NCBI GenBank assembly: GCA_027328425.1
Contig: DAHVUT010000017.1
Span: 1,777-65,776, forward strand
Source: Candidatus Micrarchaeota archaeon
GTDB taxonomy: Archaea > Micrarchaeota > Micrarchaeia > Micrarchaeales > CABMGC01
DNA length: 64,000 nucleotides
Direction: 5' to 3'
The position numbers were made by a program, and so were the translations under genes. Numbering within the stretch: position 1 is the stretch's first letter; the number at the start of each line of letters is the position of its first letter. This document shows, piece by piece, positions 25,585 through 34,089 of the stretch. Under the pieces are notes generated by a model. It was not told the DNA's origin. It did no database searches and worked only from the letters and a program-made list of their open reading frames with translations.

Positions 25585-25630
25585 ATATAAAGGAATACGG
25601 CGCAGTTCTTAGCTGTAATCGCACCCAGAC
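25585..25630. repeat. ~46-nt imperfect direct repeat (~76% identity) with 27549-27593, bracketing the ATPase plus small-ORF cassette
   Basis: atataaaggaatacggcgcagttcttagctgtaatcgcacccagac versus ctataaaacaatatggcacaattctagccgtaactgcacccaaac. Confidence 0.55.
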
Positions 25631-25640
25631 TATGAAAGTG

Positions 25641-26927
25641 CTATTCTACCGGGCTCTTCACATTAAGTAGCCACCTCCAGAGCGGCACAAATATCAGTTT
25701 TTTGCCTTCCAATACCGCACTGCCTTCATAGTCCCATGTAAGCACAAGAAGATTGTCGCATCTCAGCTCTCTTGAAGCCAGAATTAACGAATTAATTTCT
25801 CTGCTGTCTATGGCTTCGCGGCTTGAAGCGTATGTAACCTGCACAAGTTGGCTAACAGTCCTGCCCATTTTGACAACAAAGTCCACCTCCCTGCCTTGAT
25901 GATCTTTCCAATAAAATACTTCATATTTGCCTCCATTTTTGCTCTCCTTTATGAGCTCTATGGCGGCTATGTTTTCCATTAGCCTGCCTTTGTTATCTGT
26001 CGGCTCAGGGCTTACTTCTTCTATTATACCGCTATCAACGCAGTATATTTTTTTGGGTGCCAGAATAGTCTGTTTCAACTTGTATGAGAACCGTTCAACT
26101 TTGAATATGAGATACGCCTCCTCAAGATATCTTATCCAGTTGGATAGGGTTATGAGGTTCTTTACCTTAGTTATGCTTCTCAGCGATGAATACGTGAATT
26201 CCTTTGAGCTGTTTGATACCAGAAAACGTGCAACCTGCCTTAAGTCATCAATGTGCTTTATTTTGTGCCTTATGACAACGTCCTTTGTTATTATGTCGTT
26301 GTAGATGTTCCTTATTATCTGCCTGCCCTGCGTAAACTGCTCTGCAAAGCCTCCAGAGAGCACATATTCGTTCATCAGCTTGATAACTTCGGCTCTATCC
26401 ACAGTTGAAAAAGCCCTTGGGGGATTCCACTGTTTGTACACTAGAAATTCATGAAAGCTGAATGGAAAAAGCAATAGGTCCACGTGCCTGCCAGTCAGCC
26501 GGGTTGAAAGCTCACCGCTCAATAGCTTAGAATTTGAACCCGTTACAATGACCTTTTTTGTATCTCTAAGCCTGCTAACAAACGGCTCCCAGCCTGGCAC
26601 TAACTGTATCTCATCAAGTATTATGTTTTCAAGATCCGAGCCGTATAATTCATAGAATATCTGAAGTATTACGTTAAGGTCATTTTTATCCACGCCGAGG
26701 AGCCTCTCATCATCAAAATTTATGTATCCAAACTTGCGCTCAAAAAACAATTGTTCTGAGAGTGTGGATTTGCCAGAGCGTCTAACTCCCAGTATTACAA
26801 AAGCCGTGGGATTTTTCAATGTGACGTACTCAATAGCGTCTCGTGTGATTATACTCTTGGCTTTGAACCGCTCCCCAACGCTTTTTCTCTGGTCGACTAT
26901 TGCTAGTCTAAGAACCTCTTTATCCAT
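25641..26927 (-). CDS. AAA-type ATPase of the archaeal COG1373 (AAA_14 + DUF4143) family
   Basis: Walker A GVRRSGKST, Walker B-like IILDEIQ, and a C-terminal restriction-endonuclease-like region typical of the family. Confidence 0.75.
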   Translation of the reverse strand: MDKEVLRLAIVDQRKSVGERFKAKSIITRDAIEYVTLKNPTAFVILGVRRSGKSTLSEQLFFERKFGYINFDDERLLGVDKNDLNVILQIFYELYGSDLENIILDEIQLVPGWEPFVSRLRDTKKVIVTGSNSKLLSGELSTRLTGRHVDLLLFPFSFHEFLVYKQWNPPRAFSTVDRAEVIKLMNEYVLSGGFAEQFTQGRQIIRNIYNDIITKDVVIRHKIKHIDDLRQVARFLVSNSSKEFTYSSLRSITKVKNLITLSNWIRYLEEAYLIFKVERFSYKLKQTILAPKKIYCVDSGIIEEVSPEPTDNKGRLMENIAAIELIKESKNGGKYEVFYWKDHQGREVDFVVKMGRTVSQLVQVTYASSREAIDSREINSLILASRELRCDNLLVLTWDYEGSAVLEGKKLIFVPLWRWLLNVKSPVE

Positions 26928-27080
26928 AATATAGTATACTATATGATATTATTTAAATCTTTACTAGTATACTATATGATTTTAAACAGCCTAACAGATA
27001 TACAGTGAATTGTTTACTGACACTTTCGCATCGCTCTCAAAGTTTGCAAGAAACGGTCCGTTTTTTGAGTGCACCTGTTC

Positions 27081-27437
27081 TCATCGCGCCTTTCTCGGAA
27101 TGCTTTTGGTGTATTCTGCCATGGCCGCTTCTAGGCACTTTTTTATCTCGCTGCGTTCTCCATCTTCATAGAATCCAATATCAAATCCTATGTCTACGAG
27201 CGAGCCTTTTATCTTTTCCATAGACTCCACAGCGATATATACTAGCTTATGGATTTCGCGTCCATCTCTATACACTACATTAAAGACATTGTTGTCTTCC
27301 TCATCTTTTGCTACTTCGGCATTAGAGAAAATTCCGCTGTCCATAATCTTTTTGCAGGTGAGCGACGCTATTCCCTTTGCTTGCTCTAGCCCCAGCCTCA
27401 AAGCCGCCTCGAAAGTATCGGTCTTTACCATTTTCAC
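27081..27437 (-). CDS. Hypothetical protein (118 aa)
   Basis: AT-rich ATG ORF downstream-adjacent to the ATPase cassette. I recognise no family. Confidence 0.45.
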   Translation of the reverse strand: MKMVKTDTFEAALRLGLEQAKGIASLTCKKIMDSGIFSNAEVAKDEEDNNVFNVVYRDGREIHKLVYIAVESMEKIKGSLVDIGFDIGFYEDGERSEIKKCLEAAMAEYTKSIPRKAR

Positions 27438-27659
27438 ACCTTTGACAGCGTATATTCGTCTTTATTTTGCAATTACTTCATCATACATTAAATTCGCATT
27501 TATACCTCTTATCTAGCTTTCGCATGCGGATAATGGCGTCCTTAGACCTATAAAACAATATGGCACAATTCTAGCCGTAACTGCACCCAAACCCGCTTGC
27601 GGTTCTGTCGCTTGAGTTGACAAGAGCTTTCTGATTAAACTCTTTCCCAAAGAGTTTAT

Positions 27660-27671
27660 TGGACTCGGCGG
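27660..27671. repeat. 12-nt exact copy of the tRNA-Ala 3' end (tggactcggcgg), part of an acceptor-like mini-hairpin
   Basis: Identical to 28469-28480. It is followed by tgagtcc (27683-27689), which can pair with ggactc. Confidence 0.5.
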
Positions 27672-27756
27672 ACTTCAGTAAATGAGTCCGATGCACAAAC
27701 AATGTTATTCAACATCACATGCAGGTAACTAATTGCACCGAAGACAAACATAACAA

Positions 27757-28383
27757 TTATAGTTTCTCTATGCAGACTTCTAGCGCAACTCTAACTGCTC
27801 TAAGTTCTTCTTTTTCAGCTAGGCTTGGAATGTTAGCCTTTATTCCGTAGTGAACTCCTTTTTTCTCAATCACTTGTTTGTGTGTAAGCGGCAGGTGCAT
27901 GAACCCTGCGTACTTTATCTTCATTTCATGCGCAGTTTTCATTATCGTATAAAACAGTTCATTTGAAACAAATGTATCTGGCCAGAAAGAATATTCTGAG
28001 GGTATGCCTGCTTCTTCTATTCTAGATTTTATTGAATCTACTGGCAATGTCGAGAAGTAGGCGGCCTCACCGTTTTTACTAAGGGGTTTGTCTATTATTT
28101 TATCTTCAGAAGCAAAATAAAAACGATTCAAGGCAACCCGTTCTATAGATACAGAACCCCTTGTCGCTGATAAACCCACTCCCAATATCAGCGAGGGGTG
28201 TGTTTCAGCAATATACTTTTCAGCTAATGTTGAAGCAGTTATATGCTCAACAGGAAGCACCATACCAATAATCTTGAATCCCTTAATTATCTTTCCGTTG
28301 AGTTTTTTTGCAATGTTACCACTAGGGTTGCAAGTGTAACTTAGAAATGGGCCAAATCCAAGCAATAATACATTCTTTGGCAT
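27757..28383 (-). CDS. pcp: Pyrrolidone-carboxylate peptidase (C15) homologue with Ser at the nucleophile position
   Basis: SIERVALN (Glu) and AGFMHLP (His) are conserved. The AGTFVCN-equivalent reads PDTFVSN. Confidence 0.75.
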   Translation of the reverse strand: MPKNVLLLGFGPFLSYTCNPSGNIAKKLNGKIIKGFKIIGMVLPVEHITASTLAEKYIAETHPSLILGVGLSATRGSVSIERVALNRFYFASEDKIIDKPLSKNGEAAYFSTLPVDSIKSRIEEAGIPSEYSFWPDTFVSNELFYTIMKTAHEMKIKYAGFMHLPLTHKQVIEKKGVHYGIKANIPSLAEKEELRAVRVALEVCIEKL

Positions 28384-28468
28384 ATTTCCACATAATAAGT
28401 TTCATGCGATAATATTTATAGGTTTTTAATAGAACGTAAGATTCGTACTCAAAGTATGATGTACTTTG

Positions 28469-28540
28469 TGGACTCGGCGGGATTCGCACCCGCGACCTTT
28501 CCGTTGCGAACGGAATGCGCTACTGCTGCGCTACGAGCCC
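28469..28540 (-). tRNA. tRNA-Ala (anticodon CGC) with G3:U70; atypical D- and T-loops
   Basis: GGGCTCG TA GCGC AGCAGTA GCGC A TTCCG TTCGCAA CGGAA AGGTC GCGGG TGCGAAT CCCGC CGAGTCC A. All stems are perfect. The D-loop lacks GG, and the T-loop has G at position 55. Confidence 0.75.
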
Positions 28541-28579
28541 TTAGGCATATTTAAACTTGCTGATTAATTTATATGCTGT

Positions 28580-29956
28580 ATGCCTGCAAACACCGATAAA
28601 GCTGCCTACGCCGCCTTCACGAAGGCGCTTGCGGAAGTGAAGCCGAGCGAGGACGAGTTCAGGCACGACGTGCACGTCATCAACGAACTCACAGGCAGGC
28701 TTAGGGAGATAGTGCCCAGGGACGTGGCGATACGCGTTGTGGGCTCCGTGGTCAGGGGCACGCAGCTCAAGGGCGACTCCGACATAGACATATTCCTGCT
28801 CTTCAGCAAGAAGCACAGCAGGGACCAGATAACCAAGAATGGGCTTGCGTACGCGAGGAAGATGCTTGAGAGCAAGCGCGACAGCTTCAGTGTAAAGTAC
28901 GCCGAACACCCATACACCAGGTTGCACATGGCGTCCCTCGGCGTAGAGGCGGACATAGTGCCCGCCTACTACATAGACAACATAGAGGACATGAGCACTG
29001 CCGTGGATCGCTCGCCGATGCACGCCGATTTCATCAACTCGAACCTCACGCAGAAGCAGCGCGATGACGTGCGCGTGCTGAAGCACCTGCTTAAGGCAAA
29101 CAACCTTTATGGGGCCGAAGTGCGGACGAGTGGCTTCTCCGGCTACCTTTGCGAGCTGCTTGTATACAACTACGGTACGCTGCTCAACGTGATCAAAAGC
29201 GCGACAGGCTTCGCTCTACCCGTGCTGTTAGACCCGAAGAGCAAAGCGGCACTGAAGGACAGATCAATCGCGACGAGGTTCAATTCGCAGTTCGTAGTGA
29301 TAGACCCCGTGGATAAGGACAGGAACGTGGCCGCAGGCGTCTCCACCGAGTCGTTGGCAAGGTTCGTCATCCTCTGCAGGTCTTTCCTCAGGAGACCTAA
29401 CACCAGTTTCTTCCACAAGCCCGCGGCACGGAGCGGCGCCAAGGCGCTGAAGCATTTCGCGGAGGAGGCGGGACTCGACATATACGTGGTTGCCGCCACT
29501 GTGCCCGACAAGAGCGAGGATGTCCTGTGGCCGCAACTAAGGAAGGTGACCGATATAATAAAATACCATGCCGGCAAACATGGATTCGAAATATACTTCT
29601 CGCTGCAGGCGATAAGCGGCACGAAAGGCCTGCTCGCATTCTTTGCACAGAAGCAGGAGCATGTGTCAATCCTACACAAGGGCCCGAGTGCCTTCAACTC
29701 CAAGGCCCAGGCAGACTTCTCCATGGCGCATAGGAAAGCAATCGCTTTTATGGTGGCGGGGGATACGCTAAACGCCCTGGAAAGGAACAAGTATGCTAAC
29801 CTTGCCTGCTTCATGAAGGCAGTGGCTGCAGGCAAGGTCGTCGGCAGGAGGAAGGACGTGGCGCTCCGCGGCTCCCCGCTTTTCATAAACGCCATCCCTG
29901 AGGGGTATGCGGAACGGATATACGATGAGCTCGGGAAGAAGCTCATGCTGCCCTAG
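28580..29956 (+). CDS. cca: CCA-adding enzyme (archaeal class I tRNA nucleotidyltransferase)
   Basis: GSVVRGTQLKGDSDIDIFLLF nucleotidyltransferase motif and the ~450 aa archaeal architecture. Confidence 0.9.
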   Translation: MPANTDKAAYAAFTKALAEVKPSEDEFRHDVHVINELTGRLREIVPRDVAIRVVGSVVRGTQLKGDSDIDIFLLFSKKHSRDQITKNGLAYARKMLESKRDSFSVKYAEHPYTRLHMASLGVEADIVPAYYIDNIEDMSTAVDRSPMHADFINSNLTQKQRDDVRVLKHLLKANNLYGAEVRTSGFSGYLCELLVYNYGTLLNVIKSATGFALPVLLDPKSKAALKDRSIATRFNSQFVVIDPVDKDRNVAAGVSTESLARFVILCRSFLRRPNTSFFHKPAARSGAKALKHFAEEAGLDIYVVAATVPDKSEDVLWPQLRKVTDIIKYHAGKHGFEIYFSLQAISGTKGLLAFFAQKQEHVSILHKGPSAFNSKAQADFSMAHRKAIAFMVAGDTLNALERNKYANLACFMKAVAAGKVVGRRKDVALRGSPLFINAIPEGYAERIYDELGKKLMLP

Positions 29957-30516
29957 AGGCTCAGCCCGCCTTTGCTTATCATCGTGTAAAGCTCTGGCAT
30001 CAGGTCTATGGAGCCGCACACCTTTTGGCCGTGCAGCAGCCTACGCACATTTTCCATAAGGCGCCTGTCGCTGCAGAACGATTCGAAGACAGAGGCATAG
30101 TGATTACCCGAGTGCATGCCACAATAGTCGAGCGCCTCGTCGATTACATTTTTGGACACTTTCTCCAGAGAATATCCGCGCCGCTTCAGCCTTTCGGCGA
30201 GCACCGGCAGGTGCTCCCTCAGCACAAGCACCATTGCACCCCTAACACTTATGTCACAGAGCAGGTGCCCTTCTATTATGACAACGCTTTGCACACTCCT
30301 CGCTATTATGCGTTCCAGTTCCCGCCTCAGCCTGTCCGTCTCCACTATCAGCTCGCCCTGCTTCGAAACTCCTGAGAAAAGGCGCTTAGCCTTGACTAGC
30401 TCGGTGATGTGCACCGCCTCCGCATCTCCTACCCGCTTTGCTATCCTGTCAGCGAGCGTTGTTTTGCCTGTTCCAGGAACACCCGTTATCACAAGGACGC
30501 GTTTTGCGGAGGGCAT
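29953..30516 (-). CDS. Adenylate-kinase-like P-loop kinase (Fap7/AK6-like)
   Basis: VLVITGVPGTGKTTLADRIA. ATG 30516 was chosen to avoid overlap with the upstream gene. Confidence 0.6.
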   Translation of the reverse strand: MPSAKRVLVITGVPGTGKTTLADRIAKRVGDAEAVHITELVKAKRLFSGVSKQGELIVETDRLRRELERIIARSVQSVVIIEGHLLCDISVRGAMVLVLREHLPVLAERLKRRGYSLEKVSKNVIDEALDYCGMHSGNHYASVFESFCSDRRLMENVRRLLHGQKVCGSIDLMPELYTMISKGGLSL

Positions 30517-30527
30517 GTAAACATCGG

Positions 30528-31133
30528 CTACTGCGCTGGCGCAGCGGGGGACAACGCATCCAGCATGTCGTTGACCGTATCCCGGCTCGATTCTATCATC
30601 AGTATAGGGCTCGTAGGGGGGTTTATTGTGAGCACGTGATTCTTGGCACCTGAGAATAGCCATGAGCCAAGGCGGTACGTCTTGTACACCGCAGAAACAT
30701 CGGCCACGTAATTGGACGCCGCTACAAGCTTGCCCACAAAGGGCTCCAGGCTCTCGTCATATCGCTCTATGAACACTACCTCCTCGCTCTCCCTCTGCCT
30801 AGACACATACATTGGCTTTATGTAAGGTATGCGCGCCGCAGCCGCCTTGTCTGTTACCGCCGAATCCACGGAGATGTACTGGGAATTGGCGATCTCTAGC
30901 TCACTATGCAGTTTCGCTTGCTCGTCCTTGAGGCCCTCCAGAAGCGAATCAAAATAGGTGCGCACCTCCTCCTTCGCGCCATCGATAGTGGCGCCGGCAT
31001 CAAGCCTGCCAGTGTACTTGGCTGAATTCAGGAGCAGGCTCCTTAGCGTCATGCCATACTTCTTCGACACTATGTCATCGAGGTCCGATATGAAACCATC
31101 GGTATCTTCATCCCATGGAACCTGTTTGGGCAT
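30528..31133 (-). CDS. Hypothetical protein (201 aa)
   Basis: ATG 31133 (MPKQVPWDEDTDGF...). No family recognised. Confidence 0.45.
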   Translation of the reverse strand: MPKQVPWDEDTDGFISDLDDIVSKKYGMTLRSLLLNSAKYTGRLDAGATIDGAKEEVRTYFDSLLEGLKDEQAKLHSELEIANSQYISVDSAVTDKAAAARIPYIKPMYVSRQRESEEVVFIERYDESLEPFVGKLVAASNYVADVSAVYKTYRLGSWLFSGAKNHVLTINPPTSPILMIESSRDTVNDMLDALSPAAPAQ

Positions 31134-31197
31134 AGACACACCAAAAACGTCTGTGTTATTATTGTTGCGACAATTATTAAACTCTTGAGCTGTTTGC

Positions 31198-31434
31198 GTG
31201 CAGAGCATAGAGGAAAGGATAGAGAAGGACATACACATGTTCGATGAGGGCGTGGCCGAGTTCAACGGCATGGAGCTGGACGCTGCGGAGCAGGAGGTGC
31301 TCAGCTCAGCGAAGAACTACAGGAAAGACGCGGCGGCGTGGCTCGAGCGCAAGGATATCTACACCGCCTTCGCCAGCATATCGTACGCGCACGGCCTGCT
31401 CGACGCCCTGCGCAGGCTCGCTAAGAAGCGATAG
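31198..31434 (+). CDS. Small helical protein (DUF357-like)
   Basis: 78 aa, with ISYAHGLLDAL near the C-terminus. The family assignment is from memory only. Confidence 0.4.
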   Translation: MQSIEERIEKDIHMFDEGVAEFNGMELDAAEQEVLSSAKNYRKDAAAWLERKDIYTAFASISYAHGLLDALRRLAKKR

Positions 31435-31435
31435 G

Positions 31436-32527
31436 ATGGAGCAGACAACTGAGGGCGCCGCAAAGATAAGGGTGGGCGAAGGCACGTTCTACAACCCGAA
31501 GATGCGCAAGCTTAGGGACATATCGGTCGTTTTCCTGAAGGCACTCGGAATGCGGAATACAAGGCTGCTGGACGCTACGGCCGCAACTGGCGTGAGGGGC
31601 ATAAGGTATGCGCTCGAGGCCAGGATAAGGGACGGGGTGCTGCTCGACATCAACCCAGCGGCGTACAGGAACGCGAGGGCCAACGTAAGGCTCAATGGGC
31701 TTAAACTAAGAGTGCTCGGCAAGAGCCTGCAGGAGTTCGCCAACACAAGCAAAGAATCATTCGATATCATAGACCTTGATCCATTCGGAACGCCTGTGCC
31801 GCTTGTGCACGACGCACTGAAGCTGTGCAAGAGGCACGCAGTGCTCATGGTCACCGCCACAGACACAGCCACCCTCTGCGGAGCAGAGGCGGCAGCGTGC
31901 CTGCGCAACTATGGCTCGGTGCCCGTCCACAACGAGTTCTGCCACGAGGCAGGGGTGCGCATTCTGCTCTCTTTCGTGGCGCGCGAGGCAGCGCAATTTG
32001 GTTTCGGCATAGAACCATTGCTTAGCATTTCCGACATGCACTACATGCGCCTCTTCCTAAGGCTGGAACAGGGAGCGGACAAGGCGCACGAGTCCGTCAG
32101 ATGCTCGGGCTTCGGCGCGTACTGCAGCAACTGCCACAACTTCGTGTACGAAGCTGGCATAGAGCACAGGGCTGACGCCAAATGCAGCTACTGCGGCAAG
32201 CACATGCAGTTTTTCGGACCGCTCTGGCTCGGCAAGCTGCACGATAGGCAGCTATTGGGGCGCATGTTGCACCTATGCGACGGCAACGATGCCGATGCGG
32301 AGAAGCTGCTGGAGCTGGCGCGCGAAGAACTCGACACTCCCTTCTTCTACTCTGTGCCCAAGGCAACTTCCTACCTCGGGCTCGGCTCCGTGTCGCCGGC
32401 CAGGGTGCTTGCAACTCTCTCGAAGAGGCATAGGGCCACGAAGACGCATTTCGACGAAAGCGGTATCAAGACGGATGCGGGCATAGGCGCTGTCATCGAC
32501 GCAGTTAGGCGCGTCTCCAAAGAATAA
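31436..32527 (+). CDS. trm1: tRNA (guanine26-N2)-dimethyltransferase
   Basis: FYNPKMRKLRD, LDATAATGVRGIRYALE and IDLDPFGTP motifs, plus a C-terminal Cys cluster. Confidence 0.85.
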   Translation: MEQTTEGAAKIRVGEGTFYNPKMRKLRDISVVFLKALGMRNTRLLDATAATGVRGIRYALEARIRDGVLLDINPAAYRNARANVRLNGLKLRVLGKSLQEFANTSKESFDIIDLDPFGTPVPLVHDALKLCKRHAVLMVTATDTATLCGAEAAACLRNYGSVPVHNEFCHEAGVRILLSFVAREAAQFGFGIEPLLSISDMHYMRLFLRLEQGADKAHESVRCSGFGAYCSNCHNFVYEAGIEHRADAKCSYCGKHMQFFGPLWLGKLHDRQLLGRMLHLCDGNDADAEKLLELAREELDTPFFYSVPKATSYLGLGSVSPARVLATLSKRHRATKTHFDESGIKTDAGIGAVIDAVRRVSKE

Positions 32528-32747
32528 TGGCACTCTTGCGCGTACCATCGCCATGGCTTAAACGAAACCTTAAAATATAAGGAGACATATAAATAGACTT
32601 GGAAGGGGAACATGACTGGAATTATGCTTAGCCTAGTGGGGAATGGCTATGTTGGGAAAAAGCGAAATGAAAAGTATAGGCGGGGCGGAAGCCGGTGGCT
32701 GTAGAGAAGCCGCGGGGCTGCGAGAAAGTCGCGGGGAGTTCGCCAGG

Positions 32748-32990
32748 ATGGTGGAAGGCACCTGCATGTACTGCAACAGGCTCATGGAGAAGGGCGAAAT
32801 AAAGGTGCTGCCGCCGAGCTACATACAGGAAAGGGATCCTTACGTGAGGCGCGGCACAGTGAAACGCAGACTCATGTGCCTGAAGTGCTACAACACAATA
32901 AGGGGAATGGCGAAGGAAAAGGCAAGGTTCAGCGAAGCCTGGAACAAGGAGCCCAAGACAGACATAAGCATGCTTAACAGCACATATTAG
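32748..32990 (+). CDS. Small Zn-ribbon-like protein
   Basis: CMYCN...CLKC pairs. The start is uncertain (track start 32643). Confidence 0.4.
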   Translation: MVEGTCMYCNRLMEKGEIKVLPPSYIQERDPYVRRGTVKRRLMCLKCYNTIRGMAKEKARFSEAWNKEPKTDISMLNSTY

Positions 32991-33120
32991 ACGGCAGCGG
33001 ATCCAGGCCTAGGGATCCGCGTTCCGCTCGCCATCTCTTCTTCTTATCTAAATGCCCAAAAACAGCCTGTGAGCCGATGCGCTGCAGGACGCGACAGGCT
33101 TTTCGCCTGCTCTTGGGGCT

Positions 33121-33864
33121 TCACCTGCGCTTGGACCTTGCGTTCACCAGCACCATGTGATAGTTAGCCTCGTAGCCCAGCGCAGCCTTGAATGCGCCAG
33201 AGGCTATTGTTATAGTGCTGTCGGAGTAGGGGTCGTTTATGTAGAAATTGTCCGTGTCGTAGCCCTTTATCACTACCCAATGCGGCATGGATTCAAGATA
33301 GGAGTTGATCGTCTTGGCGTCTATGAGCACTATCGGCACGTGGCCAGCTGAGAGAGCCTTCTTTATAGCAGTAGTGGACACCTCCCTGTGCTCCTCCTCT
33401 ATGCCAGCCTGCTCAGATTTCTGCCTTATCTCGTTGAAAGAAGCAGTCAGCGTGTCCAGGTTCACGTTCTCATAGACAGCCATCTTGCGCTCGTAGCCCT
33501 CGTCCTTGGTGTTGCTCATTATGCCTACGTTAGCCCCACGTTTGGAGAGCGCATATGCCAAGCCGTACTTTGAGCCGTACCAGACGCTGCCGTTCACTGC
33601 CTCCTGCCAGATGTCATATTCCTCCTCGCGCCTGAACTTGAAGCTGGGCTTGAGGAACTTAAGCACCATCATGGCGCAAGCCGCCGAGCTTGTAAAGTCC
33701 TCCGTCTGAGGGTAATGGGGTATGTCGAGCAGCATCTTGTCCTTTATCCTTGCACCCATCACCTTTGCCACCACAGAGCGCTTCGCCGGCGCACGCTTCG
33801 CTGCCCTTGTCTTTGCATCTGCCCTTCTATTCCCCTTGCTTCTTGCCTTTGTCATATTCAACAC
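33121..33864 (-). CDS. Peptidase C39-like (papain-fold) domain protein with a basic N-terminus
   Basis: QTEDFTSSAACAMMVL (Cys region) and HWVVIKGYD...FYINDP (His region). Confidence 0.5.
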   Translation of the reverse strand: MLNMTKARSKGNRRADAKTRAAKRAPAKRSVVAKVMGARIKDKMLLDIPHYPQTEDFTSSAACAMMVLKFLKPSFKFRREEEYDIWQEAVNGSVWYGSKYGLAYALSKRGANVGIMSNTKDEGYERKMAVYENVNLDTLTASFNEIRQKSEQAGIEEEHREVSTTAIKKALSAGHVPIVLIDAKTINSYLESMPHWVVIKGYDTDNFYINDPYSDSTITIASGAFKAALGYEANYHMVLVNARSKRR

Positions 33865-33881
33865 CCCCAGTCTCTGAAGCG

Positions 33882-33980
33882 TGCAGGGGGAGAGATTTGC
33901 TCATCGCTTTTGAACTCCCGCAGGCCTATGGCCAACAGATCTTGAGTCTGCCGCGTTTGACCAGGCTCCGCCACCCCTGC
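33882..33980 (-). tRNA. tRNA-Leu (anticodon CAA), class II, with a 13-nt insertion (putative non-canonical intron) in the T-loop
   Basis: GCAGGGG TG GCG GAGCCTGGTCAAA CGC G GCAGA CTCAAGA TCTGT, variable arm T GGCC ATA GGCC TGC, then GGGAG TTCAAA[AGCGATGAGCAAA]T CTCTC CCCCTGC A. Confidence 0.7.
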
Positions 33981-34089
33981 ACTGCCTCTATTAATCAGGG
34001 ATAATTTAAATTACTTACAAGCAGTATTTGTTTTAGCTCCTATTTAAACATTGACGTTAAAAAGAGCAGTGACAGGAAGGCGCCTGTGC

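Larger units (their letters stand above)
24416..28468. mobile_element. AT-rich genomic island downstream of tRNA-Ala, apparently built by serial insertions
   Basis: The composition is visibly AT-rich compared with the flanks. It is bounded by the tRNA-Ala 3' end and a truncated ABC gene. Internal tRNA-Ala 3' fragments lie at 25429-25480 and 27660-27671. No integrase is present. Confidence 0.55.
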
